The notes below the pieces were generated by a model. That model had not been told where the DNA came from. It worked only from the letters and a program-made list of their open reading frames with translations, and did no database searches. Source: Hominicoprocola fusiformis (GTDB lineage: Bacteria; Bacillota; Clostridia; Oscillospirales; Oscillospiraceae). Taken from it: 24,729 nucleotides of DNA. Location of the stretch: positions 1 to 24,729 of the forward strand of contig JBBNGO010000039.1 of NCBI GenBank assembly GCA_040095065.1, given 5' to 3'. Positions 15,200 to 23,469 of the stretch are shown in pieces. Each line of letters begins with the position of its first letter. Positions within the stretch are counted from its first letter, which is position 1. The position numbers and the translations under genes were made by a program.

Positions 15200-15311
15200 T
15201 TACACTGAAGCCTGTATGAGCATCTTTCAGCGGATTTTTGACGGAATCCATGCAAGCGGAAAGAGCTCTTTGGCAATAAAAATGTTTATCAAAATCAGGG
15301 AGGGTTTTATC

Positions 15312-16409
15312 TTGAATAAGGTCATGTCACTGCACGATGCCGTTGCAAAGTACGTCGAGAATGGCGATACGCTTGCGATCGGCGGTTTCACCACCAACCG
15401 TAAGCCGTATGCCACGGTTAGTGAGATCCTGCGTCAGGGTCAGAAGGACTTCATCGTTTATGCCGGCCCCGGCGGCGGCGAAGTCGATATGCTCATCGGC
15501 GAGGGCCGCGTGGCTGCTTACATCAACTGCTACACCGCCAACTCCGGCTACACCAACGTTTCCCGCCGCTTCCGCGCTGCCATCGAGCAGGGCAAGCTCA
15601 CGTATGAGGACTATTCTCAGGACGTGCTGATGCTCATGCTCCACGCCTCTTCTCTCGGCCTTCCGTTCCTGCCGGTGCGCCTGATGCAGGGCAGCGGCCT
15701 GATGAAGTTCTGGGGCATCAGCGAGGAAAAGCGCAAGACCATGCCCAAGATCGAAAATCTCAAGTGCGCCGAGATCGAGAACCCGATGGTCCCCGGCCAG
15801 AAGGTCGTGGCCGTGCCCGTTCCCAAGATCGACACCGCGATCATCCACGTCCAGCAGGCCTCTCCGGACGGCACCTGCATCATCTGCGGCGACGAGTTCC
15901 ACGATATCGACATTGCGATCGCTGCGCGCAAGACCATCGTCACCTGCGAGGAGATCGTCTCCGACGAGTTCATCCGCCGCGACCCGACCAAGACCCGTAT
16001 CTTCGGCGAGTGCGTGCAGGCGGTTGTCAAGGCCCCCTACGGTGCATGGCCCTCTCAGTGCTATGCCTACTATGACGACGACGACGCTGGCCTGAAGGAA
16101 TACGACAAGGCCTCCAAGTATCAGGACGCCGAGGATGCCGTCAAGCAGCTCGAGAAGGCTGCCGTCAAGGCTGCCAAGGCGCTGGAGAAGGCTCCCGAGG
16201 ACGAGAAGCTCAAGCTCGCTGCCGAGAATGCACAGAAGGCCTTCGAGCTTGCCAAGAGCGGCGAGAAGATCCCCGAGACCTTCAAGGATTTCCTCGAAAA
16301 GTGGGTCTACAGCTGCGAAGATCAGTCCGCTCTGCTCGATAAGCTTGGCGGCAGCCGTCTGATGCGCCTGAAGAACGAGCCGCACCTCGGCTATTCCACT
16401 ACACATTAA
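15312..16409 (+). CDS. gctA: Glutaconate CoA-transferase subunit A
   Basis: Matches my recollection of A. fermentans GctA along its length (NKVMSLHDAVAKYV.NGD.LAIGGFTT.RKPYA; YINCYTANSG.TNVSRRF; VVAVPVP..D.AIIH.QQASPDGT; IVTCEEI.SDE.IRRDPTK). TTG start at 15312 lies 7 nt after GGGAGGG. The 14985 start in the ORF track is rejected. Confidence 0.93.
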   Translation: MNKVMSLHDAVAKYVENGDTLAIGGFTTNRKPYATVSEILRQGQKDFIVYAGPGGGEVDMLIGEGRVAAYINCYTANSGYTNVSRRFRAAIEQGKLTYEDYSQDVLMLMLHASSLGLPFLPVRLMQGSGLMKFWGISEEKRKTMPKIENLKCAEIENPMVPGQKVVAVPVPKIDTAIIHVQQASPDGTCIICGDEFHDIDIAIAARKTIVTCEEIVSDEFIRRDPTKTRIFGECVQAVVKAPYGAWPSQCYAYYDDDDAGLKEYDKASKYQDAEDAVKQLEKAAVKAAKALEKAPEDEKLKLAAENAQKAFELAKSGEKIPETFKDFLEKWVYSCEDQSALLDKLGGSRLMRLKNEPHLGYSTTH

Positions 16410-16430
16410 GGTTTGGGAGGCTAAATAGAA

Positions 16431-17237
16431 ATGTCTGATTACACGAAGTATACCAAGCAGGAAATGCAGGCGTATGCCATTGCTAAGAATATTAAGGAAA
16501 ACCAGATCGTCATCGTTGGTACGGGCCTGCCGCTGATCGGTGCGTCCCTTGCCAAGCGCGCGGTCTGCCCCAGCTGCCACCCCATCGTCGAGTCGGGTCT
16601 GATGGACTGCGACCCCGTTGAGGTTCCCCGCTCCGTCGGCGATAACCGCTTCATGGCGCACTGCGCCGTGCAGTGGCCCAACATCCGCTTCGTCGGCTTC
16701 GAGGCCAACGAGTGGCTGCACGACGAGGATCGTCTCGTCGCCTTCATCGGCGGCGCGCAGATCGACCCGTACGGCAACGTGAACTCCACCTGCATTTTCG
16801 GCAAGGGCGACTACCTGCAGCCCACCACCCGTTTCACCGGTTCCGGCGGCGCCAACGGCATTGCCACCTACTGCAACACCATCATCATGATGCAGCACCA
16901 GAAGCGCCGCTTCATGGACCACGTCGACTACATCACCTCCTGCGGCTGGATGGACGGCCCCGGAGGCCGTGAGCGCGCGGGCCTGCCCGGCAACCGCGGT
17001 CCTCAGATGGTCGTTACCGACCTCGGCATCATGAAGTTTGATGAAGAGACCAAGCGTATGTACCTCGCTTACTACTATCCGTTCTCCTCTCCCGAGATGG
17101 TTCAGGAGAACACCGGCTTCGAGATCGACGTCTCCCGCGCCGAGCTGATGGAAGGCCCCTCTCCGGAGATCATCCGCCTCATCCGTGAGGAGATCGACCC
17201 GGGTCAGGCATTCATCAAGGTTCCCAAGGATAAGTAA
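16431..17237 (+). CDS. gctB: Glutaconate CoA-transferase subunit B
   Basis: SDYTKYTKQEMQAYAIAK, GTGLPLIGAS, the IVESGLMDC segment holding the catalytic Glu, RFTGSGGANGIATY, and LIREEIDPGQAFI. Confidence 0.93.
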   Translation: MSDYTKYTKQEMQAYAIAKNIKENQIVIVGTGLPLIGASLAKRAVCPSCHPIVESGLMDCDPVEVPRSVGDNRFMAHCAVQWPNIRFVGFEANEWLHDEDRLVAFIGGAQIDPYGNVNSTCIFGKGDYLQPTTRFTGSGGANGIATYCNTIIMMQHQKRRFMDHVDYITSCGWMDGPGGRERAGLPGNRGPQMVVTDLGIMKFDEETKRMYLAYYYPFSSPEMVQENTGFEIDVSRAELMEGPSPEIIRLIREEIDPGQAFIKVPKDK

Positions 17238-17269
17238 TTTGTTATTTCGATTAAGAAGGAGAACTTAAT

Positions 17270-19039
17270 ATGAGCGAATATTCCATGCCCTCTTATTTCC
17301 AGAGCATGCCGGTCATCGGCAAGGATCTGAGCGCATTCCACGAGGACAACGCCGCTGAGATCCAGGCGGTGGAGCAGGAGATCCATGAGATCCGCGAGGC
17401 TGCTCTCGAAGCCGGTAAGAGCACCGAGGCGCTTAACGAGTCCGGCCAGTGGACGGCGATGCAGCGCATCATGGAGCTCGTTGACGAAGGCACCTGGTGC
17501 CCCCTCAACAGCCTCTACAACCCCCAGGACAACAAGAACGGCAGCGTCGGCATCGTCAAGGGTCTCGGCCGTATCGACGGCAAGTGGGCCGTCATCATCG
17601 CGAGCGACAACAAGAAGCTCGCGGGCGCCTGGGTCCCCGGCCAGGCTGACAGCCTGCTGCGCGGCAGCGACACGGCCAAGCGCCTGCGCATCCCTCTCGT
17701 TTACGTGCTGAACTGCTCCGGCGTTAAGCTCGACGAGCAGGAGAAGGTGTACCCCAACCGCCGCGGCGGCGGTACGCCGTTCTATCGCAACAGCGAGCTC
17801 AACCAGATGGGCGTGCCCGTCATCGTCGGCATCTACGGTACGAACCCCGCCGGCGGCGGCTATCACTCCATCTCCCCGACCATCCTGATCGCGCATCAGG
17901 ATGCCAACATGGCAGTCGGCGGCGCCGGTATCGTCGGCGGTATGAGCCCCAAGGGCCATGTCGACAAGGAGGCTGCTGAGGCGCTCATCAAGGCGCAGAA
18001 GAACCTCAAGAGCGACATCCCCGGCACTGTCGCCATCCACTATGGCGAGACCGGCTTCTTCCGCGAGGTCTACGCCGATGAAGAGGGCGTGCTCGCCGGT
18101 ATCCGCAAGTACATCGACATGCTGCCCGCTTACGATCCCGAGTTCTTCCGCGTCGACGATCCCAAGGAGCCCCTGTTCGACGCCAACGACCTCTACAGCA
18201 TCGTTCCGTTCAACCAGAAGCGCTCTTACGACATGGTCGAAGTTCTCGCGCGTCTGTTCGACGGCTCCGAGTTCATGGAGTACAAGCACGGCTACGGCCC
18301 TGAGATGATCACCGGTCTTGCCAAGATCGACGGTCTGCTCGTCGGCGTTGTCGCCAACTATCAGGGCATGCTGATGAACTACCCCGAGTACAAGATGGCG
18401 ACCTACGGCCAGGCGATGGGCGTTGGCGGCAAGCTGTACCGTCAGGGCCTCATCAAGATGAACGAATTTGTCACCCTCTGCGCGCGTGACCGCATCCCGA
18501 TGCTGTGGGTCCAGGATACCACCGGTATCGACGTCGGCAACGACGCTGAGCGCGCTGAGCTCCTCGGCCTCGGCCAGAGCCTGATCTACTCCATCCAGTC
18601 CAGCAAGCTGCCGATGATGGAGATCACGCTCCGCAAGGGCACCGCCGCGGCGCACTACGTCCTCGGCGGCCCGCAGGGCAACGACAACAACGCTTTCTCC
18701 ATCGGCACCGCTACCACCGAGATCTACGTCATGCACGGCGAGACCGCTGCGGCCGCCATGTATGCCCGCCGTCTCGTGAAGGAAGAGAAGGCCGGCGAGG
18801 ATCTGCAGCCCACCATCGACAAGATGAACGCGCTGATTCAGGACTACGCCAAGAAGTCCAGCCCGAAGTTCTGCGCCAAGGCAGGCCTGACCGACGAGAT
18901 CGTCGACATGAACGACATCCGTCCCTACATCCAGGCCTTCGCCAACGCCTGCTATCAGAACCCCGAGAGCATCTGCCCGGTCCATCAGATGCTGCTGCCG
19001 CGCGTCATCCGCGACTACGACGCCCTGAACGCGCAGTAA
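17270..19039 (+). CDS. gcdA: Glutaconyl-CoA decarboxylase alpha subunit (carboxyltransferase)
   Basis: 589 aa of the carboxyltransferase family. Position matches the A. fermentans gctAB-gcdA-hgdCAB operon. Confidence 0.9.
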   Translation: MSEYSMPSYFQSMPVIGKDLSAFHEDNAAEIQAVEQEIHEIREAALEAGKSTEALNESGQWTAMQRIMELVDEGTWCPLNSLYNPQDNKNGSVGIVKGLGRIDGKWAVIIASDNKKLAGAWVPGQADSLLRGSDTAKRLRIPLVYVLNCSGVKLDEQEKVYPNRRGGGTPFYRNSELNQMGVPVIVGIYGTNPAGGGYHSISPTILIAHQDANMAVGGAGIVGGMSPKGHVDKEAAEALIKAQKNLKSDIPGTVAIHYGETGFFREVYADEEGVLAGIRKYIDMLPAYDPEFFRVDDPKEPLFDANDLYSIVPFNQKRSYDMVEVLARLFDGSEFMEYKHGYGPEMITGLAKIDGLLVGVVANYQGMLMNYPEYKMATYGQAMGVGGKLYRQGLIKMNEFVTLCARDRIPMLWVQDTTGIDVGNDAERAELLGLGQSLIYSIQSSKLPMMEITLRKGTAAAHYVLGGPQGNDNNAFSIGTATTEIYVMHGETAAAAMYARRLVKEEKAGEDLQPTIDKMNALIQDYAKKSSPKFCAKAGLTDEIVDMNDIRPYIQAFANACYQNPESICPVHQMLLPRVIRDYDALNAQ

Positions 19040-19063
19040 AATATCACAACAATGCTTTTCTCG

Positions 19064-19094
19064 GCGCTGCGCGGAGGCAAGAACCGCGCAGCGC
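19064..19094 (+). other. Intercistronic hairpin between gcdA and hgdC with no U-tract
   Basis: Perfect 11-bp stem, GCGCTGCGCGG (19064-19074) paired with CCGCGCAGCGC (19084-19094), with a 9-nt loop. Confidence 0.5.
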
Positions 19095-19118
19095 ACGGGA
19101 AGGCAAACGGAGAGTACA

Positions 19119-19907
19119 ATGAGCATTTTTACCATGGGTATCGACGTCGGCTCCACCGCGTCGAAATGTGTGATTTTAAAGGATGGCAGCGAGATCGTCG
19201 CAAAGTCCCTCGTCGCTGTAGGCACGGGCACGTCGGGTCCATCCCGCGCGATCGCTCAGGTGTTGGAAAACGCGGGCATGACGCGCGAGCAGATGGACTT
19301 CGTCCTTGCCACGGGCTACGGGCGCAACAGCCTTGACGGCCTTGCCGACATGCAGATGAGCGAGCTTTCCTGCCACGCCAAGGGCGCGGCGTTCCTGTTC
19401 CCGAACGTGCGCACGGTCGTCGATATCGGCGGGCAGGACGTGAAGGTCATCGAGATCGAGAACGGCATGATGAAAAATTTCGTCATGAACGATAAGTGCG
19501 CAGCCGGTACCGGCCGCTTCCTCGATGTCATGGCCCGCGTACTTGAGGTGAAGGTCGAAGAACTGGGCGACCTTGGCGACAAGTCGACCAAGGAGGTCGG
19601 TATCAGCTCGACCTGCACGGTCTTTGCCGAGAGCGAGGTCATCTCGCAGCTCGCCATGGGCACGGACAAGTGCGACATCATCCACGGCATCCACAAGTCC
19701 GTCGCGGGCCGCGTTTCCGGCCTCTGCCACCGCATCGGTGTGCGCGACGACGTGGTGATGACCGGCGGTGTCGCACAGAACCACGGCATCGTGAAAGCCC
19801 TTCAGGAGCAGCTCGGACACGAGATCCACACCACGCCCCTCACGCAGTATAACGGTGCGCTCGGCGCCGCTCTGTTTGCCTACCAGAAGGCTTTGAAGAA
19901 CAAATAA
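19119..19907 (+). CDS. hgdC: (R)-2-hydroxyglutaryl-CoA dehydratase activator (component A, ATP-dependent [4Fe-4S] archerase)
   Basis: Matches my recollection of HgdC along most of its length (MSI.T.GIDVGSTASKC.ILKDG.EIVAKSLVAVGTGTSGP; NDKCAAGTGRFLDVMA; SSTCTVFAESEVISQL; VMTGGVAQN). Confidence 0.95.
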   Translation: MSIFTMGIDVGSTASKCVILKDGSEIVAKSLVAVGTGTSGPSRAIAQVLENAGMTREQMDFVLATGYGRNSLDGLADMQMSELSCHAKGAAFLFPNVRTVVDIGGQDVKVIEIENGMMKNFVMNDKCAAGTGRFLDVMARVLEVKVEELGDLGDKSTKEVGISSTCTVFAESEVISQLAMGTDKCDIIHGIHKSVAGRVSGLCHRIGVRDDVVMTGGVAQNHGIVKALQEQLGHEIHTTPLTQYNGALGAALFAYQKALKNK

Positions 19908-19959
19908 TCCCCATCATTCGTTATCAAATTTTTCTATATCGCATTAGGAGGAATCAATC

Positions 19960-21405
19960 ATGGCTAAACAAGTCAGTCCCGGCGTGCTTGCTCTGCGCAA
20001 GGTCGTCGATGACGTCTATGCCGACGCCCGTGAAGCGAAGAAGCAGGGTAAGCTGGTCGGTTGGTCCAGCTCCAAGTTCCCCTGTGAGCTTGCTGAGGCC
20101 TTTGACCTCAACGTGATGTATCCCGAGAACCAGGCTGCCGGTATTGCCGCCCAGCGCGACGGTGAGATCATGTGCCAGGCTGCCGAGGATCTCGGCTTCG
20201 ACAACGATATCTGCGGTTACGCACGTATCTCCCTGGCTTACGCCGCCGGTAAGCGCGCAAGCCGCAAGTTCGACCCCGAAACGCTCGAGTTCATCATCGA
20301 CCCCAACAGCGGCAAGCCCCTCAAGGACGAAAACGGCAAGGTCGTCATCGATCCTGAGACCGGCAAGCCCAAGAAAGACCCCAAGACGCAGGTCCCCTAC
20401 ACGGTTCTGGACGATATCCACGAGATCGAGGCTCTGCCCGAGACCACCGAGAAGGAGATCGCCTACAAGAACTTCCGCCGCGAGGCCATCAAGCCCTACA
20501 AGCAGATGCGCATCCCCCAGCCGGACTTTGTCCTGTGCTGCAACAACATCTGCAACTGCATGACCAAGTGGTACGAGAATATCGCCCGTATGTGCAACAT
20601 CCCCCTCATCATGGTCGATATCCCCTACAACAACACCGTGGAAGTCAGCGATTCCGCTGTCAAGTACGTCCGCGCCCAGTTCGACAACGCCATCCATGAG
20701 CTCGAAAAGCTCACCGGCAAGAAGTTCGACGAGAAGAAGTTCGAGCTTGCCTGCAAGCACGCGAACCGCACCGCACAGAACTGGCTGAAGGTCTGCGACT
20801 TCCTGCAGTACAAGCCCGCCCCGATGAGCGGCTTCGACCTCTTTAACCACATGGCCGACGTCGTCACCGCCCGCGGCAAGGAAGCTGCTGCCGACGCCTT
20901 TGAACTCCTGTCCAAGGACCTGCAGAAGAACATTGAGGAAGGCACCTCCACGCTGCCCTTCCCCGAGCAGTACCGCGTCATGTTCGAGGGCATCCCCTGC
21001 TGGCCGAAGCTCCCGAACCTCTTTAAGCCCCTCAAGGAGAATGGCATCAACGTCACCGCAGTCGTGTACGCGCCCGCGTTCGGCTTTGTTTACAACAACA
21101 TGGACGAAATGGCCCGCGCTTACTACAAGGCTCCGAACTCCGTCTGCATCGAGCAGGGCGTTGCCTGGCGTGAGGGCATCTGCCGCGACAACAAGGTCGA
21201 CGGCGTGCTCGTCCACTACAACCGCTCCTGCAAGCCCTGGTCCGGTTACATGGCTGAAATGCAGCGCCGCTTCACCGCTGACCTCGGCGTGCCCTGCGCC
21301 GGTTTCGACGGCGACCAGGCTGACCCGCGCAACTTCAACGAAGCGCAGTACACGACCCGTGTACAGGGTTTGGTCGAGGCTATGGAAGCCAACAAGAAAG
21401 ACTAA
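19960..21405 (+). CDS. hgdA: (R)-2-hydroxyglutaryl-CoA dehydratase alpha subunit
   Basis: 481 aa of the HgdA/HadB family, between hgdC and hgdB. Confidence 0.9.
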   Translation: MAKQVSPGVLALRKVVDDVYADAREAKKQGKLVGWSSSKFPCELAEAFDLNVMYPENQAAGIAAQRDGEIMCQAAEDLGFDNDICGYARISLAYAAGKRASRKFDPETLEFIIDPNSGKPLKDENGKVVIDPETGKPKKDPKTQVPYTVLDDIHEIEALPETTEKEIAYKNFRREAIKPYKQMRIPQPDFVLCCNNICNCMTKWYENIARMCNIPLIMVDIPYNNTVEVSDSAVKYVRAQFDNAIHELEKLTGKKFDEKKFELACKHANRTAQNWLKVCDFLQYKPAPMSGFDLFNHMADVVTARGKEAAADAFELLSKDLQKNIEEGTSTLPFPEQYRVMFEGIPCWPKLPNLFKPLKENGINVTAVVYAPAFGFVYNNMDEMARAYYKAPNSVCIEQGVAWREGICRDNKVDGVLVHYNRSCKPWSGYMAEMQRRFTADLGVPCAGFDGDQADPRNFNEAQYTTRVQGLVEAMEANKKD

Positions 21406-21419
21406 GGAGGCGTGCAAAA

Positions 21420-22565
21420 ATGAGTATCGAAGCTATCGTTAATGAATTTTCCGCTGTTGCCGCCAATCCCAAGGGCCAGCTCAAGGCCTATAAGGACGCA
21501 GGCAAAAAGTGCATCGGCGTGATGCCTTATTACGCCCCCGAAGAGCTGGTTTACGCCGCCGGTATGATGCCGTTCGGCATGTGGGGCAGCAACAACAAGA
21601 CCGAGCAGCGCTCCAAGGAATACTGCGCGACTTTCTATTGCACCATCGCCCAGCTCGACCTCGAGATGCTGCTTGACGGCACGATGGATCTGCTGGACGG
21701 CGTGATCACCCCGACCATCTGCGACACGCTGCGCCCCATGAGCCAGAACATCCGCGTCGCCATGAGTGAGAAGCTGCCGTGCATCTTCCTCGCCCATCCT
21801 CAGAACCGCTTTGCCGACTGGGGCAAGCAGTTCTGCCTGGATCAGTACAACAACGTCAAGGCCGGTCTTGAAAAGATCGCCGGTCACGAGATCAAGAGCG
21901 AGGACATTGCTGCGGCCATCAAGGTCTACAACAAGTCCCGCGCTGCCCGCCGTGAGTTTGTCAAGCTCGCAAGCGACCACTGCGACGTTATCGACCCGAT
22001 CATGCGCTCGGCCGTCTTAAAGGCTGCCTGGTTCATGGATAAGGCCGAGTACACCGAGAAGCTCGAGGCCCTCAACGCCGAGCTCAAGGCGCTGCCCGCT
22101 GCCAAGTGGAACGGCGTGAAGGTCGTCACCTCCGGCATCATCTGCGACAACCCGACGCTGCTCAAGATCTTCAAGGACAACAACGTCGCCATCGCGGCGG
22201 ACGATGTTGCCCACGAGTCCCGTGCCTTCCGCACCGACGCGAGCGAAGAGGGCGACCCGATGATGGCGCTCGTCGATCAGTTCACCAACATCGACTACGA
22301 CGTCCTGCTCTACGATCCGCAGTCCAACCAGAATCGCCGCGGCGAGTTCGTGGCCAACATGGTCAAGGAGTCCGGCGCGCAGGGTCTGGTGCTGTTCATG
22401 CAGCAGTTCTGCGATCCCGAGGAGATGGAGTTCCCGTACCTCAAGAAGGCGCTCGACGCCGCTGGGATCCCCTTCATCAAGCTCGGCATCGACCAGCAGA
22501 TGCGCGACTTCGGCCAGGCGGCGACCGCCATCCAGGCGTTTGCCGACGTGCTCTCCGTGCAGTAA
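21420..22565 (+). CDS. hgdB: (R)-2-hydroxyglutaryl-CoA dehydratase beta subunit
   Basis: 381 aa with RBS AAGGAGG in the syntenic position. Confidence 0.9.
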   Translation: MSIEAIVNEFSAVAANPKGQLKAYKDAGKKCIGVMPYYAPEELVYAAGMMPFGMWGSNNKTEQRSKEYCATFYCTIAQLDLEMLLDGTMDLLDGVITPTICDTLRPMSQNIRVAMSEKLPCIFLAHPQNRFADWGKQFCLDQYNNVKAGLEKIAGHEIKSEDIAAAIKVYNKSRAARREFVKLASDHCDVIDPIMRSAVLKAAWFMDKAEYTEKLEALNAELKALPAAKWNGVKVVTSGIICDNPTLLKIFKDNNVAIAADDVAHESRAFRTDASEEGDPMMALVDQFTNIDYDVLLYDPQSNQNRRGEFVANMVKESGAQGLVLFMQQFCDPEEMEFPYLKKALDAAGIPFIKLGIDQQMRDFGQAATAIQAFADVLSVQ

Positions 22566-22574
22566 GGAAAGTCT

Positions 22575-22610
22575 CTTTTCCCTCCTGCCGTGCAAGGCAG
22601 GAGGGAAAAG
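22575..22610 (+). terminator. Strong hairpin after hgdB. Terminator-like or a 3' stabiliser, with no U-tract.
   Basis: Perfect 15-bp stem, CTTTTCCCTCCTGCC (22575-22589) paired with GGCAGGAGGGAAAAG (22596-22610), with a 6-nt loop. Followed by CCGTTAAAAA. Confidence 0.5.
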
Positions 22611-22642
22611 CCGTTAAAAACGCGCAAAAAGTGCATACGCGC

Positions 22643-22672
22643 TTGCAAATTGAGCAATCGCTTTGCTATAAT
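22643..22672 (+). promoter_or_regulatory. Sigma-A promoter (extended -10) for gcdDCB
   Basis: TTGCAA (22643-22648), an 18-nt spacer, then TGCTATAAT (22664-22672). Confidence 0.65.
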
Positions 22673-22697
22673 CCAAATTGAAAGGTAAAAGGAAGAA

Positions 22698-22976
22698 ATG
22701 GAATACAGCAGCCTGTTCGTTACCCTGATGGGTATTGGCACGGTGTTCTTTGGCCTGATCTGCATCATTTTCCTCACCATGGCAATGGGTGCAGTCCTCA
22801 AGGGCAAGGAAAAGACGCCGGCCGCCGCTGCCGCCGCTCCTGCTGCCGCCCCCGCGCCGGCTCCCAAGCCGCAGGGCATGCAGCCTGAGATCGTGGCCGC
22901 GATCACTGCCGCTCTCTCGGAAGAGGTCGGTATCTCGTCCCGCAGCATGAACATCGTCAACATTAAAAAAATCTAA
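22698..22976 (+). CDS. gcdD: Glutaconyl-CoA decarboxylase delta subunit (OadG-like membrane anchor)
   Basis: 92 aa with an N-terminal TM helix (LFVTLMGIGTVFFGLICIIFL), an Ala/Pro linker and IVAAITAAL. Positioned before gcdC and gcdB. Confidence 0.8.
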   Translation: MEYSSLFVTLMGIGTVFFGLICIIFLTMAMGAVLKGKEKTPAAAAAAPAAAPAPAPKPQGMQPEIVAAITAALSEEVGISSRSMNIVNIKKI

Positions 22977-23000
22977 TTTTATTTTTAGGAGAGAACAAAC

Positions 23001-23420
23001 ATGATCAAGCAGTACAATGTCACCGTTAACGGTACCACCTACGAAGTCACCGTCGAGTCCGCCGCCGGCGGCAGCCGTATGGCTTCCGCTCCCGTCTCCC
23101 GCGCTGCCGCGGCTCCCGTTGCCCGCGCTGCCGCTCCGGCTCCCGCTGCTGCTCCGGCTCCTGCCGCCGCTCCCGCTGCTGCCCCCAAGGCTGCTGCTCC
23201 CGCCGGTGCCGGCACTGTCACCAGCCCGATGCCCGGCACCATCCTCGATGTGAAGGTCGCCGCCGGTCAGGCCGTCAAGGAAGGCGATCTGCTGTTCATC
23301 CTCGAGGCCATGAAGATGGAGAACGAGATCTTCGCTCCCTGCGCTGGCACCATCTCCTCCGTCGCAGTTGCCAAGGGCGCTGCTGTCAACCCCGGCGACG
23401 TTCTGTGCGTCATCGGCTAA
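23001..23420 (+). CDS. gcdC: Glutaconyl-CoA decarboxylase gamma subunit (biotin carrier)
   Basis: Biotinyl-lysine motif [10 protein letters not shown], preceded by a long Ala/Pro linker as I recall for A. fermentans GcdC. Confidence 0.9.
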   Translation: MIKQYNVTVNGTTYEVTVESAAGGSRMASAPVSRAAAAPVARAAAPAPAAAPAPAAAPAAAPKAAAPAGAGTVTSPMPGTILDVKVAAGQAVKEGDLLFILEAMKMENEIFAPCAGTISSVAVAKGAAVNPGDVLCVIG

Positions 23421-23469
23421 ATAACAGCATCTTCCCCCTGGATTAACTGTGAAAGGAAAAGAAATATAA

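Noticed and set aside
14985-15311. N-terminal extension of the gctA ORF back to ATG 14985.
   Set aside because: The extension runs through the terminator (14998-15029) and the AT-rich promoter region and translates to junk. Homology to GctA begins at NKVMSL, and the TTG at 15312 has a well-spaced GGGAGGG RBS.
1-15311. Searched for attL/attR direct repeats, an integrase, or a tRNA or tmRNA integration target flanking the element.
   Set aside because: By eye, 1-621 and 14981-15311 share only matches of 10 nt or fewer (for example TTTTTTGCGC). No T-loop-like GGTTCGAATCC or tRNA cloverleaf and no recombinase ORF were found. The left boundary may lie outside the window, so the absence is not conclusive.
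22818-23213. Repetitive GCC/GCT/CCG tracts (22818-22871 and 23061-23213) that could look like tandem repeats or a CRISPR-like array.
   Set aside because: They are in-frame Ala/Pro linkers of GcdD and GcdC. As I recall, this is a feature of the biotin carrier in A. fermentans. There is no repeat-spacer periodicity.
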